Positions 27,820 to 32,000 of a stretch of 32,000 bases of DNA are shown here, piece by piece. The position numbers and the translations under genes are program-made. Positions within the stretch are counted from its first letter, which is position 1. Every line of letters begins with the position of its first letter. The DNA is taken from NCBI RefSeq assembly GCF_004102945.1, contig NZ_CP019384.1:1-32000 (forward strand), read 5' to 3'. Below the pieces are notes generated by a model. The model did no database searches, was not told the origin of the DNA, and was given only the letters and a program-made list of their open reading frames with translations. The stretch comes from Candidatus Velamenicoccus archaeovorus. Its GTDB lineage: Bacteria; Omnitrophota; Gorgyraeia; Velamenicoccales; Velamenicoccaceae.

Positions 27820-28671
27820 ATGATCATGAAAGGGTTGATCTTCATAGCGCTGTTTGCGTCGGTGACGCTCCTGGGATATCAACTCGTCCCCGTGGCCTGG
27901 GACAAGTTTTATACTTGGCGCGTTCACGGTGTCGAGGTGCAGAGGGTGCGTCTCAAAGAGATGTTCCTGGACATGGACCCGCAGAAGCTCTTTTTGCTCA
28001 ATGTGATTTCGCCGACGATCTTCTGCGTCGTCGGCCTGGCGGTTTTTAAGAGCCTCACGGGTGCCCTCATCGGCTTGGCGGTCGGTTTTGCGATACCGGC
28101 GTTGATCGTCAAGAACCTGATCTTTGCCAGAAAGACCAGGTTTGCCGTCCAGATCACCGACGGCTTGATGATCCTCTCGAGCTGCTTGAAGGGCGGCTTG
28201 AGCCTGTTGCAGTCCATCGAAGCGCTCGTGGAGGAACTTCCGGCCCCCATCAGCCAGGAGTTCGGGCTGATCTTGAGAGAGAACAAGATGGGTATTCCGC
28301 TGGAAGAGTCTTTTGAGAATTTAAATAAGAGGATGCCGTCCGAAGAGTTGAACCTGTTGACGACGGCGATCCTGGTTGCGCGCGAGACCGGCGGCGACAT
28401 CACGCTTTTGTTCGGCCGCCTGATCGACACGATCCGCGCGAAGTCCAAGCTGGGCGAGAACATCAGGACCTTGAGCATGCAGGGAAAGATCCAGGGCATC
28501 GTCATGTCGATGCTGCCGATCGCGTTTGCGATCCTGGTCGTCTCGTTCAACCCGAATTATTTCGACATCATGCTGTCGAGCCCCGTGGGCCGGGGCCTGA
28601 TGGTGTATGCGGTGATTTCCGAGTGCGTCGGGATGTACATGATCCGGATATTTTCCCGGATCAACTTTTAG
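27820..28671 (+). CDS. tadB: Tad pilus inner-membrane platform protein TadB (T2SSF family)
   Basis: 283 aa. N-terminal TM helix. Cytoplasmic T2SSF-type domain (LPAPISQEFGLILRENKMGIPLEESFENLNKRMPSEELNLLTTAILVARETGGD). C-terminal TM helices. Confidence 0.9.
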   Translation: MIMKGLIFIALFASVTLLGYQLVPVAWDKFYTWRVHGVEVQRVRLKEMFLDMDPQKLFLLNVISPTIFCVVGLAVFKSLTGALIGLAVGFAIPALIVKNLIFARKTRFAVQITDGLMILSSCLKGGLSLLQSIEALVEELPAPISQEFGLILRENKMGIPLEESFENLNKRMPSEELNLLTTAILVARETGGDITLLFGRLIDTIRAKSKLGENIRTLSMQGKIQGIVMSMLPIAFAILVVSFNPNYFDIMLSSPVGRGLMVYAVISECVGMYMIRIFSRINF

Positions 28672-28679
28672 AGGTCGCC

Positions 28680-29582
28680 ATGGTTGTTTATTTATCACAA
28701 ATATTCTTGTTCGCGGGGATCTTCCTGATCTTCATGAATTTCTTTTTGTGGTTCTTTGCGGCCCATGAGCTCAGGAAGGTCATCAAGAGACGTTTGCGTT
28801 ACGAGGTCAACCCGACCGACAGGAAGTCCATTTTTGTGCGGGTCTTTGACTTGTTCGCGCCGCTGAACTACTTTGTCGTGCGCCGGCTGGTCAAGCGCGA
28901 GAACCTGGAAAACAAACTTTTCGGCGCGCGCGTGGGCATGACGCCCGAGCAGTTCTTCGGCGCCAAGGAATTTATGGCGATCTTCGCGTTGTTGCTGGCG
29001 ATCGGGTTTTTGCCGGCCGAAGACGTCGTCAAGGTCGTGGTCGCCGGCATCGCTGGCTTCTTCCTGCCGGATCTGTGGCTGGACATGAAGCTCAAACAGC
29101 GCCGCTCCGCCGTCGTGCGCACGTTGCCGGATACGGTGGACCTCTTGAGTTTGTGCGTGGACGCCGGACTCGATTTTATCGCGGCCTCGCGCTGGATCGT
29201 TGAAAAGTCAAGGTCGACCGCGTTCATCGAAGAATTGTCGCTCATGCTTCACGAGATCAAAGTCGGCAAGCCGCGCCGCGAAGCGCTCAAAGACCTGTCG
29301 CGCCGGATCAATGCGCCGGACGTCACGGCGTTCGCGCGCACGCTGATCCAGGCCGATAGGATGGGCACGCCGATTGCCGAAGCCTTGGCGATCCTCTCCG
29401 AGGACGTGCGCGAGAGGTTTTTCAGGCGCGCCGAACGCACGGCCCTGCAGGCGCCGATGAAGATGCTGATCCCGCTGATCTTCTTCATCCTGCCTGTGGT
29501 CGGCGTGATCGTGGGCGGGCCTATTGCGATTCAGTTCATGAACGGAAGCCTCCTGGGAGGCATGGGTGCGGGGGTCAAATAA
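28680..29582 (+). CDS. tadC: Tad pilus inner-membrane platform protein TadC (T2SSF family)
   Basis: ORF 28623-29582. I prefer the ATG at 28680, just after the tadB stop. T2SSF domain (LPDTVDLLSLCVDAGLDFIAA...LSRRINAPDVTAFARTLIQADRMGTPIAEAL). Flanking TM helices. Confidence 0.9.
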   Translation: MVVYLSQIFLFAGIFLIFMNFFLWFFAAHELRKVIKRRLRYEVNPTDRKSIFVRVFDLFAPLNYFVVRRLVKRENLENKLFGARVGMTPEQFFGAKEFMAIFALLLAIGFLPAEDVVKVVVAGIAGFFLPDLWLDMKLKQRRSAVVRTLPDTVDLLSLCVDAGLDFIAASRWIVEKSRSTAFIEELSLMLHEIKVGKPRREALKDLSRRINAPDVTAFARTLIQADRMGTPIAEALAILSEDVRERFFRRAERTALQAPMKMLIPLIFFILPVVGVIVGGPIAIQFMNGSLLGGMGAGVK

Positions 29583-29822
29583 TATGTTGAACCGCCATGA
29601 GATCCTGAAGACCGGTTGGCAGGCGCTGAGAAACGGAAGGCTCGGCATCGCCGACTTTTGCCTTGTGGTCCTTGGGATCGAGGCGGGATTAAAAAAATTG
29701 ATTGAACCGTGTTCTGTGGCGGGACACGATTCGATACCGAGCCGGATCCGCACGGCAGATACACGCGGAAATCTTCGAGGAAAGGAGGACGTAGGTTTAG
29801 GCGACCTAAAAACCGAACGTAA

Positions 29823-32000
<2,178 letters not shown>

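Overview
This 32 kb window starts exactly at the ATG of dnaA, and every confidently called gene is on the + strand. Bases 1-9.5 kb hold the origin-proximal housekeeping block: dnaA, dnaN, a DUF721/DciA-like gene, gyrB, a polytopic membrane protein and gyrA. DnaA boxes sit in the dnaA-dnaN spacer, and the spacers around gyrB and gyrA are unusually long and filled with hairpin-dense repeats. A tRNA-Glu(CUC) at 9746-9823 is followed by a 45-nt tRNA-derived mini-copy. Next comes a ~1 kb low-GC islet encoding an excisionase-type HTH protein and a Doc/Fic-family toxin, behind a phased GTTAAC operator-like array. From ~11.4 kb to the window end lies a ~20 kb non-canonical Tad/Flp (type IVc pilus-like) locus. 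In order it contains a parvulin lipoprotein, CpaB, a secretin with a C-terminal TonB_C-like domain, and a single-polypeptide CpaE(TadZ)-CpaF(TadA) fusion. These are followed by a ~1 kb structured non-coding spacer, DUF192, and a low-GC insert with an HTH/transposase-like gene. Then come nine tandem Flp-like prepilin genes (a tenth lies further on) and three TadE/TadG-like pseudopilins, one with a ~180-aa Gly/Ala-rich tract. The locus ends with a lipoprotein, TadB, TadC and the first 725 codons of a large exported protein with a C39-like cysteine-peptidase domain that runs off the window. No prepilin peptidase, rRNA, CRISPR array or intact mobile element was recognised. Taxonomy cannot be assigned from this sequence alone. 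All product calls rest on motif recognition by eye in the supplied translations, not on database searches.
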